64,000 nt of DNA from Microcoleus sp. (GCA_052279835.1 CP181291.1:4064001-4128000), one strand, 5' to 3'. Positions 54,248-63,566 are shown, counted from the first letter of the stretch. Numbers and translations are program-made. Notes: generated by a model from the sequence alone, not told the origin.

Positions 54248-55757
54248 ATGGCTAGAGATTTGCGAGGATTCCTGAAACTCCTAGAAGAAAGGGGACAACT
54301 GCGCCGGATTAGCGCCTTAGTCGATTCCGATCTCGAAATTGCCGAAATTTCCAACCAAATGCTGCAAAAAGGTGGCCCAGGCTTGCTGTTTGAAAACGTC
54401 AAAGGCGCAGAATTCCCGGTGGCAATTAACCTGCTGGGTACGGAAACAGCGCGTTTGCTGGGCGATGAACATGGAAAAGCCGATCGAACTAGAAGAGCTC
54501 GGCAAAAAATTAGGAATGCTACAACAGCCCAAACCCCCAAAAAAGATTTCCCAAGCCATAGAATTTGGCAAAGTGCTGTTTGACGTTGTGAAAGCGAAAC
54601 CAAACCGCGACTTTTTCCCAGCTTGTCAGCAAGTGGTAATTGAGGGAGAAGGGCTTGATTTGAACAAAATCCCGATGATTCGCCCCTATCCGGGAGACGC
54701 GGGCAAAATTATCACCCTCGGTTTGGTAATTACCAAAGATTGCGAAACCGGTACCCCAAATGTCGGGGTTTATCGCTTACAGTTGCAGTCAAAAAATACC
54801 ATGACTGTCCACTGGTTATCGGTGCGGGGAGGGGCGCGACACTTGCGGAAAGCGGCCCAGGCTGGTAAAAAGCTAGAAGTGGCGATCGCCCTCGGTGTCG
54901 ATCCACTAATCATCCTCGCAGCAGCAACCCCAATTCCTGTAGACTTATCCGAATGGTTATTCGCCGGACTTTATGGCGGTTCCGGCGTGAGTTTAGCGAA
55001 GTGCAAAACAGTAGATTTGGAAGTACCTGCTGACTCGGAAATCGTGTTAGAAGGAACGATTACCCCCGGTGAAGTTCTGCCCGACGGGCCCTTTGGCGAT
55101 CACATGGGTTATTACGGCGGTGTGGAAGATTCGCCGCTGGTGCGATTCAATTGCATGACGCACCGCAAAGACCCGATTTATCTGACCACATTTAGCGGCC
55201 GGCCACCGAAAGAAGAAGCGATGATGGCGATCGCCCTTAACCGCATTTATACCCCTATTTTGCGGCAGCAAGTATCAGAAATTGTCGATTTCTTCCTACC
55301 AATGGAAGCCCTGAGTTACAAAGCCGCAATTATCTCCATTGATAAAGCCTATCCCGGTCAAGCACGCAGAGCAGCTTTAGCCTTTTGGAGCGCTTTGCCG
55401 CAGTTTACTTACACTAAGTTTGTGATTGTTGTCGATAAAAGTATCAACATTCGCGACCCGCGTCAAGTAGTCTGGGCAATTAGTTCTAAAGTTGACCCAG
55501 TTCGAGATGTATTTATCTTGCCAAATACGCCCTTTGACACCTTAGATTTTGCCAGTGAAAAACTTGGTTTGGGAGGCAGAATGGGGATTGATGCGACTAC
55601 GAAGATGCCGCCGGAAACCGAGCACGAATGGGGCGAAGTTTTGGAGTCAGATCCGGATGTAGCGGCGATGGTAGAAAGGCGTTGGGCTGAGTATGGATTG
55701 GCTGATTTGAATTTGGGAGAAGTCGATCCGAATTTGTTTGGTTATGAGATGAGGTAA
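54248..55757 (+). CDS. ubiD: UbiD-family decarboxylase; apparent +1 frameshift near 54445
   Basis: [50 protein letters not shown]; removing one A of 54444-54446 gives [15 protein letters not shown]. Confidence 0.9.
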
Positions 55758-55829
55758 GGACTTAGGCTTTGACCATTGTTGTCAACTTAAATTAAACCTT
55801 GAGTATCTCTTGTTTGTATCAAAGTCTAG

Positions 55830-55910
55830 ATCCCCCCTAACCCCCCTTAATAAGGGGGGGACAAGAGTTATTCAAAGTCCCCCTTATTAAGGGGGATTTA
55901 GGGGGATCGA
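55830..55910. repeat. Palindromic REP pair (CCCCCTTAATAAGGGGG type)
   Basis: GATCCCCCCTAACCCCCCTTAATAAGGGG...CCCCTTATTAAGGGGGATTTAGGGGGATC. Confidence 0.8.
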
Positions 55911-55987
55911 GACTCAACTACAAGTGACATTTATTCTGGATTTTGATAAACTGAGAGTAATGTTTTTTGCCGGGAGGCAAGTTTATT

Positions 55988-56644
55988 ATGTCTCTTGCCA
56001 AAGATTTAGAGTACACAGAAGAACTATCAGAAGTAATTGTAGTTCCACCTGCTGATTTATGGAGTAATGAGCCACCTTTGGAAAGTGATTTACATCGGCT
56101 GCAAATGCAGCTACTGATTGATTGTCTGGTTTGGCTGTGGCGAAGTCGCAATGATTTTTATGCAAGTGGGAACTTGACGATTTATTATAGTCCCCAACAA
56201 ATTAAGTCCCAGGATTTTCGTGGACCTGATTTTTTTGTAGTTTTCGGAACGGAACGCAAACCTCGTAAAAGTTGGGTGGTTTGGGCAGAAAACGGTCAGT
56301 ATCCTAATGTAATTGTAGAAATTATTTCTCCGAGTACGGCGGAAGTTGACAAGGGGTTGAAGAAAAACATCTATCAGAATATTTTTAGGACACCGGAGTA
56401 TTTTTGGTTTGACCCGAATGGGTTGGAGTTAGCTGGTTTTCTTTTGGTTGGCGGTCAATATCAACCTTTGGAAGCTAATTCTCAAGGTTGGCTGTGGAGC
56501 CAGCAGTTAGAGTTGTTTTTAGGGGTGCAAAATGGTCAGTTGCGCTTTTTTATGAAGGAAGGGCAATTGGTTCCGAGTCCGGCGGAAATTGCTGAAACTT
56601 TGGCGGCACAATTGCGGGATTTAGGCATTGAACCGAATGCTTGA
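55988..56644 (+). CDS. Uma2-family (PD-(D/E)XK-like) protein
   Basis: EPPLESDLH, GPDFFVV, VEIISPST, EYFWFDP. Confidence 0.9.
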   Translation: MSLAKDLEYTEELSEVIVVPPADLWSNEPPLESDLHRLQMQLLIDCLVWLWRSRNDFYASGNLTIYYSPQQIKSQDFRGPDFFVVFGTERKPRKSWVVWAENGQYPNVIVEIISPSTAEVDKGLKKNIYQNIFRTPEYFWFDPNGLELAGFLLVGGQYQPLEANSQGWLWSQQLELFLGVQNGQLRFFMKEGQLVPSPAEIAETLAAQLRDLGIEPNA

Positions 56645-56809
56645 ATGTGAAAATTAATGCGATCGATATTTATGCACTCCGAAAAAGAAAACGGGTTTTT
56701 TCTAAGTCTTTGCACGGCGCAAAATCTGCTCAAAAAAACCCGGTTTATGGGGGTGGGGGCGATCGAATAGGTTTATACTAGCTAAGTAATCTTTTTAGGC
56801 GATCCTACT

Positions 56810-57034
56810 ATGCACGCAGTCAAAATTCAAAAAGTTGGAGATTCTTTAGTCATAACTCTGCCTGAAGAAGTATTGCAACAATTCAAAATCGGTGAGGGAG
56901 ATAATCTTTTCCTGACAGAAACTCCTGATGGAATTAAACTCACTACCTGCAATCCTGAAATCGATAAAGCAATGAAAGCTTATAGGAAAATCAGCGAAAA
57001 GTATAAAAATGCGCTGCGGGAACTTGCTAAATGA
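56810..57034 (+). CDS. AbrB/MazE-type antitoxin
   Basis: KIQKVGDSLVITLP..GEGD..DGIKL; overlaps the toxin start. Confidence 0.88.
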   Translation: MHAVKIQKVGDSLVITLPEEVLQQFKIGEGDNLFLTETPDGIKLTTCNPEIDKAMKAYRKISEKYKNALRELAK

Positions 57035-57423
57035 GCGAACCATTTTGGATGGGAGAAGAAATAGCAACAATGATTCATGCAGATCAAATTGTCCAGCATG
57101 GGGGTAGTCCGGGAATTAGAGATGAAAATCTTCTTTCAGCTAGTATAGCCAGACCGAGGCATCTATTTGCCTATGGCGAACCGACTTTGTTTGAGTTAGC
57201 AGCAGCCTATGGCTATGGTTTGACAAAGAATCATCCTTTTATCGACGGTAATAAAAGAACAGCGTTCGCTGTGATGGCAACTTTCCTGGAAGTAAATGGA
57301 TATTCTCTTGAGGTTCCTGAGATGGAAGTTGTGGGAATAATGGAACGGTTAGCATCTGATGGGGAAACCCAAGATACGTTAGCGAAGTGGTTGGAAGAAA
57401 ATTCTGTTCAGTCTGTTGATTGA
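57031..57423 (+). CDS. doc: Doc (death-on-curing) family toxin
   Basis: GIRDENLL.AS.ARP, HPFIDGNKRTA (Doc-type K rather than Fic G). Confidence 0.88.
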   Translation: MSEPFWMGEEIATMIHADQIVQHGGSPGIRDENLLSASIARPRHLFAYGEPTLFELAAAYGYGLTKNHPFIDGNKRTAFAVMATFLEVNGYSLEVPEMEVVGIMERLASDGETQDTLAKWLEENSVQSVD

Positions 57424-57659
57424 ATTATATTGCAAGTTATGGTATTCCCATAGCGGGTTTTCATCGAGACTGGGAATGTCGATCGCACTTTTGGCCATTC
57501 GTGCCGGAATTGAGGGTTTTGGAGATTTTGAGGATTTGCGGAATTAAGTGCGATCGAGAATTACACATTACAACCAAAGCGGTAGGGTGCGTCAGGAAAG
57601 GTAATTCTGAATCATCAGCGAAAATCCAATTCTGACGTAGCATTTATTCCTGGTCTACG

Positions 57660-59048
57660 TCAGTTGTGAGATGGTGAGTCTTTACCGAAAATCTCATTCT
57701 TCTGACGCACTCTCATCCACTTTATACGTGGCGACAGAGAATCGCCTGGAGAATCGTCAAAGATTGCTCCTCGTTTGATTAAGTGTTGTTTTAGCTTTTC
57801 GGTAATTCCTAAGTTATCGCTAAATCGAGTCTTATTGACTTGGATACCTTTGAGATCAGCACCTCTGAGGTCGGCACCTCTGAGGTCGGCACCGCTCAGG
57901 TCGGCATCTCTCATGTCGGTACTGCTCAGGTCGGCAAATCTCAAGTCGGCATCTTTTAGGTCGGCACCTTTCAGGTCGGCACCTTTCAGATAGGTACCTT
58001 TCAGGTGGGTACCTATCGCGTCGGCAAAACTCAGCTTGGCACGTTTTAGGTGCGGACTTTTCAGGTCGCCATGGCTTAGGTAGGCAGGACTCAGGTTAGC
58101 ACGGCTCAGGTTGGTACCGCTCAGGTTGGTACCGCTCAGGTCGGCACCTCTCAGGTCGGCACCTCTCAGGTTGGCATCTCTCATGTCGGTATCGCTCAGG
58201 TCGGAGTCGCTCAAGTTGGCATCGATTAGGCAAGCAGTTCTTAAGTCAGCGTCGCTCAAGTCAGCACCGCTTAAATTTCGCCTTGAATTTCGGTTAGTGA
58301 CAATTTCCTCTACTAAACGCCATTTTTGTTCGCTGCTTTCGCCAGGAAACCAATCTATTTCTGTTAGTTCTTCTGACTTAATCTGAATTAAAAGTCGAGT
58401 AATTTTCTCTAGTAATTCGTCAAATTTCGGACTTTGGCTTAATATTTGAGCATCCTCGACAGGAAAGCCATCTAGTTCTGTTATTTCTCCTGACTTTATC
58501 TGAATTAAAAGTCGCGCAATATCTTTTTGAGACCCTTCTATGATTAATTTGATGCTGCCTTTTTGAATATTAGTGATATGTATACTATCACCTCCATATT
58601 TTTTGAGAATAGCTTCAAATATTTGGGGATCTGAAATCAAACTTATATCACCCTGCAATGTGATTACAGCTTTGATTCCTTGACTATGTTTATCTATAAC
58701 AGTTACTTGGCGGCTAAGCATTTTCTGCTGTACTCCCTCTTCAATATTAGGTCTAGCATTAACCTGAATTTCTATTGGTTCGTGATTTATTATGCTCTCT
58801 TGTGTTATTCCTGCAATCTCTTCCCACTTTAATTTTAGTGCATCACATATTTTTTGAAATGAATCAAGCTGAATTGGAACTTGATTGAAAAACTTTGTAA
58901 CTGTAGTGCGCGATAAGTGAACCACGGCAAACTTGCTCTTTGAGTCAAACCCTAGCCTAATTAAAGCTCTTTCTGCTGTCTCTATACCTTGTTTAGAGGC
59001 AACAATAGTAAGTTTTTTCTTTTTTTTGCATGGGCTAGCGTCTGGCAT
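57660..59048 (-). CDS. HTH-like + putative TRADD-N-like domain + pentapeptide repeat protein
   Basis: N-terminal SRTTVTKFF..FQKICDAL..WEEI; middle ITLQGDI..ITNIQKGSIKLIIEGS; A[D/N]LXX repeats at about 57840-58270. Confidence 0.78.
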   Translation of the reverse strand: MPDASPCKKKKKLTIVASKQGIETAERALIRLGFDSKSKFAVVHLSRTTVTKFFNQVPIQLDSFQKICDALKLKWEEIAGITQESIINHEPIEIQVNARPNIEEGVQQKMLSRQVTVIDKHSQGIKAVITLQGDISLISDPQIFEAILKKYGGDSIHITNIQKGSIKLIIEGSQKDIARLLIQIKSGEITELDGFPVEDAQILSQSPKFDELLEKITRLLIQIKSEELTEIDWFPGESSEQKWRLVEEIVTNRNSRRNLSGADLSDADLRTACLIDANLSDSDLSDTDMRDANLRGADLRGADLSGTNLSGTNLSRANLSPAYLSHGDLKSPHLKRAKLSFADAIGTHLKGTYLKGADLKGADLKDADLRFADLSSTDMRDADLSGADLRGADLRGADLKGIQVNKTRFSDNLGITEKLKQHLIKRGAIFDDSPGDSLSPRIKWMRVRQKNEIFGKDSPSHN

Positions 59049-59213
59049 TGATTACCTCAATTTCATAAAAACAATTCTTAGCGCAGTCATATCTCAAGCA
59101 TAAGGCAATCATAGCAAAGTCAAAAGAGATACACAAGATAATCATTGCCTAGTCAAGGTTTCAGGGATTTGGCTTCACAATAAAAATATCAAGTCTACAG
59201 GTTCTCCGAAATC

Positions 59214-59525
59214 ATGAATAACAAGCTAATCACCTACCCTCACTCCGCACTAGAAATGATTATTGTCAAAGAGCGCTTGCGCCAATCGCGTTATAGCTTT
59301 AACGCAGCTTTAGCAGCCACCGTACTCTCTACCTGCATTAGCCTTGTCGGTGCAGCACTCCTATTATCAGGAAAAGTTACTGAAGGTGCTGTCACCACAT
59401 CTAGCGGCATGGCTGTAAGTGTTGGTTGCTTGAAACTTGCCAAGGATGCAAACGATCGCCTTGACAGAATAACAAAAGAATTAATAGATGACACCAGGGA
59501 AATAGCCGAGTTCCCATCAAAATAG
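59214..59525 (+). CDS. Two-TM protein resembling the cyanobacterial TRADD-N-associated membrane family
   Basis: ERLRQSRYSFN, hydrophobic hairpin, G.VTEG.VT, AKDANDRLD; divergent from the 57660 gene. Confidence 0.68.
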   Translation: MNNKLITYPHSALEMIIVKERLRQSRYSFNAALAATVLSTCISLVGAALLLSGKVTEGAVTTSSGMAVSVGCLKLAKDANDRLDRITKELIDDTREIAEFPSK

Positions 59526-59531
59526 GACATA

Positions 59532-59744
59532 TTACCCTTCCAAAACCTCAACCAAGTCTTCCACCATCACATCGAAGACCTCAGCAAGTTTCTGCAAAGC
59601 CGTATAGTCCACCGTTGCCATTTTTGGGGCTTGGGCGTATTTTTTAACCGTGCTGTAGGGAATTCCCGTTCTGTCAGAGACTTCTTTGAGCGTCCAACCC
59701 TTCTCTTGGGCCAGTTCTCGAACTCGCAATCGTATTAAACCCAT
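59532..59744 (-). CDS. Cro/C1-type (XRE) HTH protein, copy 3
   Basis: 70 aa; LRVRELA..KGWTLKEVS.RTGIPYSTV. Confidence 0.88.
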   Translation of the reverse strand: MGLIRLRVRELAQEKGWTLKEVSDRTGIPYSTVKKYAQAPKMATVDYTALQKLAEVFDVMVEDLVEVLEG

Positions 59745-59764
59745 CTTCCCGCTGATAAATCAGT

Positions 59765-59977
59765 TTAATATTCCAATATCTCAACCAAATCTTCGATCGC
59801 AATATCGAACGCACGAGCCATCTTATCCAAAGCCGTGTAGTCTACAGTTGCCATACCTGGAGAATTAGCATAGGTAATTATCGTGGTATAGGGAATACCT
59901 GTTCTTTTGGAGACTTCTGTTAGATTCCAACCCTTCTCTTGAGCAAATTCCCGAACTCGCAGTCTAATTCGTCCCAT
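59765..59977 (-). CDS. Cro/C1-type (XRE) HTH protein, copy 2
   Basis: 70 aa paralog, 233-bp period. Confidence 0.88.
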   Translation of the reverse strand: MGRIRLRVREFAQEKGWNLTEVSKRTGIPYTTIITYANSPGMATVDYTALDKMARAFDIAIEDLVEILEY

Positions 59978-59997
59978 ATTCCCAACGATAAATCAGC

Positions 59998-60210
59998 CTA
60001 TTCTTCCAAAATCTCAACCAAATCTTCGATCGCAATATCGAACGCACGAGCCAATTTGTTCAGAGCCGTATAATCTACAGTTGCCAGTTTAGGAGAATGG
60101 GCATAACTTCTAACGGTACTGTAAGGAATGCCCGATCGCTCAGAAACTTCTTTAAGCGTCCAACCCTTCTCTTCCGCTAATTCTCGAACCCGCAATCGAA
60201 TTAAACCCAT
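59998..60210 (-). CDS. Cro/C1-type (XRE) HTH protein, copy 1
   Basis: 70 aa paralog, 233-bp period. Confidence 0.88.
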   Translation of the reverse strand: MGLIRLRVRELAEEKGWTLKEVSERSGIPYSTVRSYAHSPKLATVDYTALNKLARAFDIAIEDLVEILEE

Positions 60211-60217
60211 CTTGCAC

Positions 60218-60247
60218 TTGACAGTTGATACGAACGTATCATAAGCT
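60218..60247 (+). promoter_or_regulatory. Putative promoter with a palindromic operator
   Basis: TTGACA 60218-60223; TGATACG-AA-CGTATCA 60226-60241; TAAGCT 60242-60247. Confidence 0.6.
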
Positions 60248-60340
60248 TGTAATTATCAAATAAGCGATCGCCCTCGGACCTGAGAAATCTAGAGCGATCG
60301 CCTTTCATTCACGACCCACAAAAGTGGGAAGGATTTTCCT

Positions 60341-60583
60341 ATGATACCAAAAGAACCGACATATCGCGATCGACTTCAACCGTGGCATCTGATTCGCCAC
60401 CTCCCCAAGTGTCAGCGGTTAACAGTCGCCCGTTTCGCCCGCCGCCGCGATTCCGAATCTTACCTCAATGCGCTGCGCCGCTTAATGCCCGCAGTCCCGC
60501 ATACAATTGTGTTCGTAAATGCGGTGCCTGTGCTAGATGAAAACAGCGTGCCAATTCCAACACAATTGGCGATCGAAGTTTAA
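60341..60583 (+). CDS. Small basic hypothetical protein (80 aa)
   Basis: AAGGA upstream; TYRDRLQPW.LIR.LP..QR.TVARF.RR.D.E pattern that I recall from cyanobacterial small proteins. Confidence 0.65.
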   Translation: MIPKEPTYRDRLQPWHLIRHLPKCQRLTVARFARRRDSESYLNALRRLMPAVPHTIVFVNAVPVLDENSVPIPTQLAIEV

Positions 60584-60619
60584 TAGCGATCTTTCCTGAT
60601 ATCTTGCATTTGTTGTCAC

Positions 60620-60785
60620 ATTCCGGCAGGGATTTAAATCCCTGCCTCAAAGCAAAAGTCCTCTCAAAGAGGACTGAAGAAAGGACTGAAGAAAGGATTG
60701 AATTAGAGATTAATCGATCGCCTTTTCAGTCGTCTTTAGACGACTTTAGCTCTCTCGGCGGGGGTTTAAACCCCCGACGGACTGT
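60620..60785. repeat. REP/MITE-like multi-palindrome element
   Basis: GGCAGGGATTTAAATCCCTGCC, AGTCCTCTCAAAGAGGACT, AGTCGTCTTTAGACGACT, CGGGGGTTTAAACCCCCG. Confidence 0.75.
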
Positions 60786-60886
60786 GGCAATAAGTGCAAA
60801 ATGTGCGATCGATTAATCTCTTACAGCATTCGTGCCAAAAAAATATTGCTAAACTATAAATAGACTTAAGTCAAGGAGTCAAATCA

Positions 60887-61675
60887 ATGCCATCTCCCTT
60901 TCCCGGTATGGACTCGTATTTAGAGCATCCCGAACTCTGGCGTGAATTGCATCACTTATTAATTAGTGAAGTTTTTAGATTTTTGTCTCCCCAACTGCGT
61001 CCCAAATATTTAGTCTCGTTGGAAGTGAGAATCTATGAAACCCTTGACGATAATTTATCAATTGGCATTCCTGATGTAAACGTAATTCAACCAAAAACCA
61101 AAACCGAATTAATCACATCAAACGTAGCCGTTGCAGCGCCACCGACACAACCCTTAACAGTAAATATTCCCATGCCCTACCAGGTTCGGGAAGGCTATTT
61201 AGAAATTAGAGAAAGGGGAAGCCAAGAATTAATCACCCTTATTGAAATTCTCTCGCCTACTAATAAACGAACAGGTAAAGGGCGACAAATGTATGAAGAA
61301 AAGCGAGAAGAAATTTTATCGAGCCGTACTCATTTAATAGAAATAGATTTATTGCGCCGCGGTCAAAAAATGCCAATTGTGGGCAATAACGTGGAAAGTC
61401 ACTATAGCGTTTTGGTGTGTCGGGGAAATCGCCGTCCCAAAGCAGATTTGTACGCTTTTAACGTGCAGAACCAGATGCCAGCTTTTCCTCTACCATTGCG
61501 ATCGGGCGATACTGAACCTATCATAAATTTGCAGGAATTATTCAATCAAATTTACGACATAGCAAGTTACGACTTGAAAATAGATTATCGCAACTGGGAA
61601 GTCATACCACCGCTGTCAGAGGAGGATACAATTTGGGCAAATGCTTGGTTGCGCGATCGCAACTTGCGCCAATAA
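60887..61675 (+). CDS. DUF4058-family protein
   Basis: MPSPFPGMDSYLE, IPDV, IEILSPTNK, HLIEIDLLR. Confidence 0.85.
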   Translation: MPSPFPGMDSYLEHPELWRELHHLLISEVFRFLSPQLRPKYLVSLEVRIYETLDDNLSIGIPDVNVIQPKTKTELITSNVAVAAPPTQPLTVNIPMPYQVREGYLEIRERGSQELITLIEILSPTNKRTGKGRQMYEEKREEILSSRTHLIEIDLLRRGQKMPIVGNNVESHYSVLVCRGNRRPKADLYAFNVQNQMPAFPLPLRSGDTEPIINLQELFNQIYDIASYDLKIDYRNWEVIPPLSEEDTIWANAWLRDRNLRQ

Positions 61676-62026
61676 TTCAAATTACTAGCAACATACAAGC
61701 TCAACAACTCGTGACTTGAATTTATCGTCAATAAGCAACCCTACCCACAAACCCTCAAGGCGATCGGCTTTTTTCTCAAGTCCGAACCAAAAAGTCTTAA
61801 AATATACAATAAGTCACGTATATTAAAAACATTCGCCAATTTGCAATCATTCTTTACATATTTCAGTACAGCACACCCACCCCTAACTCTTCCTGACAGG
61901 AGAGAGCACAGTCTAGTTGGATCGAAGACAATAAACATGGCGACTTCCATGCAAGCTCGTGCAGTTTCTCTAGTCTCAGGTTTGTTCAGGTTATTTGCAG
62001 CCAGTTACGAGGAGAGTTGACCACCC

Positions 62027-62764
62027 GTGCTCCAACGCATCAAACAAGACTTAAAAAACGACCTGATCGCAGGTCTTTTGGTAGTGATACCCTTAGCTAC
62101 CACCATCTGGCTGACAATCACTGTCGCCAGTTGGGTCATTAATTTTCTCACCAAAATTCCCAAGCAAATTAACCCTTTTGACGGCCTCAACCCGATTTTG
62201 GTGAATTTTCTCAATCTCTTGGTAGGGTTGGCTGTACCCCTGCTGAGCATTACGATTATTGGTCTGATGGCCCGTAATATCTTCGGGAAGTGGTTGTTAG
62301 ACTTGGGCGAACGTCTATTACAGGCAATTCCCCTAGCAGGTTCGGTTTACAAAACCCTCAAACAACTGCTGGGAACTATCCTCAAGTCCAATGACAAATT
62401 TCGCCGTGTGGTTTTGGTAGAGTATCCCCGGCGCGGAATCTGGACTTTGGCTTTTGTGACCGGTACGATCGAGAATAATGATATTCCGCCTTATCTTTCT
62501 GGCGAAAGTCCCATCGGCATTTTCATTCCCACTACTCCCAATCCCACTACTGGATGGTACGCTATTGTCCCGGAGGCAGATGTGGTTAATCTGTCAATGT
62601 CGATCGAAGATGCTTTTAAAGTCATCATCTCCGGCGGCATCGTCAACCCTAGCAACTCAGCTATAGTAACTACCGCAGTAACTACCGCCAACACCAAGGG
62701 GACAAAACTTGAATCCTTAATCCCCGATGCGAGATATCATCCGGTTCCAGTGGAAGAAGATTAA
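62027..62764 (+). CDS. DUF502-family membrane protein
   Basis: DLIAGLLVVIPL, VLVEYPR.G, PTTPNPTTG, ISGG. Confidence 0.9.
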   Translation: MLQRIKQDLKNDLIAGLLVVIPLATTIWLTITVASWVINFLTKIPKQINPFDGLNPILVNFLNLLVGLAVPLLSITIIGLMARNIFGKWLLDLGERLLQAIPLAGSVYKTLKQLLGTILKSNDKFRRVVLVEYPRRGIWTLAFVTGTIENNDIPPYLSGESPIGIFIPTTPNPTTGWYAIVPEADVVNLSMSIEDAFKVIISGGIVNPSNSAIVTTAVTTANTKGTKLESLIPDARYHPVPVEED

Positions 62765-62933
62765 ACCAATACATCGACAATCTTGCACAAAACCTGCCCA
62801 CACGGAAATCGTGACTGAGGGCGGGTTTTTTAGCAGTTTTTCTGCTAAAGTCCAAGTCTATGCCTTCAAATAGCCTCTAGCAATCTCAACAATTCCCCAA
62901 AATTCCTAAATTGCCAATTTCTATTTAAAATCT

Positions 62934-63566
62934 ATGAAAAAAGCCCGCGAAACCGCACGCGAACTCGCACTCCTTGGCATTAGCCAACTCCCAGCTAATC
63001 CAGAACTCTTAGAAGCAAAGAAACTCCAAGATGTCGTCCTCGCCGCCATCCGCACCCTGACTGCGGAAGTTCAAGAATCTCTAGAAACCGCAGCCTCAGA
63101 AGTGCAACGAGGTAGCGACAAACTCCTATCGAGCGAAATCCGCGCCTCCGATGTCGAAAGTGCTAGAGCAATGGTACGGGAAGCTGTGGAACTTACTCAA
63201 ACGGCGATTAACCGTCTCGGTTCAGCCATGGAGTTTCCCGAAATCATCCAGCTAGCTAACCAGCAAGATGTCCGCAATTATGCTTTGCAAATCTTGGCAA
63301 AAGTCAGTGCGAACCGCCCAGAAATTGATGACTTGCTCAAAGAAGCCCTCGTGGACTGGCAAATCGAACGTTTGCCCAGGATCGATCGAGATATCATGAG
63401 AATTGCGATCGCGGAAATTCTATTTCTAGGCTTACCCGAACAAGTCGGTGTCAACGAAGCTGTCCAACTAGCAAAACGTTACAGTGGCGACGAAGGACAT
63501 CGGTTTATCAACGGAGTATTGCGCCGAGTTGTCGATCGCATTAATGCACAAGCAGTTAGTAAATAG
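62934..63566 (+). CDS. nusB: Transcription antitermination factor NusB
   Basis: ARELALL, WQIERLPRIDRDIMR, NEAVQLAKRY, FINGVL. Confidence 0.95.
   Translation: MKKARETARELALLGISQLPANPELLEAKKLQDVVLAAIRTLTAEVQESLETAASEVQRGSDKLLSSEIRASDVESARAMVREAVELTQTAINRLGSAMEFPEIIQLANQQDVRNYALQILAKVSANRPEIDDLLKEALVDWQIERLPRIDRDIMRIAIAEILFLGLPEQVGVNEAVQLAKRYSGDEGHRFINGVLRRVVDRINAQAVSK

Noticed and set aside
57420..57643. Third gene of the TA operon (71 aa) or its antisense ORF
   Set aside because: TTG start, no recognisable motif, and it runs into a REP element
57775..58386. Plus-strand ORFs with RSAPL repeats
   Set aside because: Antisense shadow of the pentapeptide repeats
60465..60816. Short ORFs downstream of the 80-aa gene
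   Set aside because: They overlap a palindromic repeat element and show no protein signal
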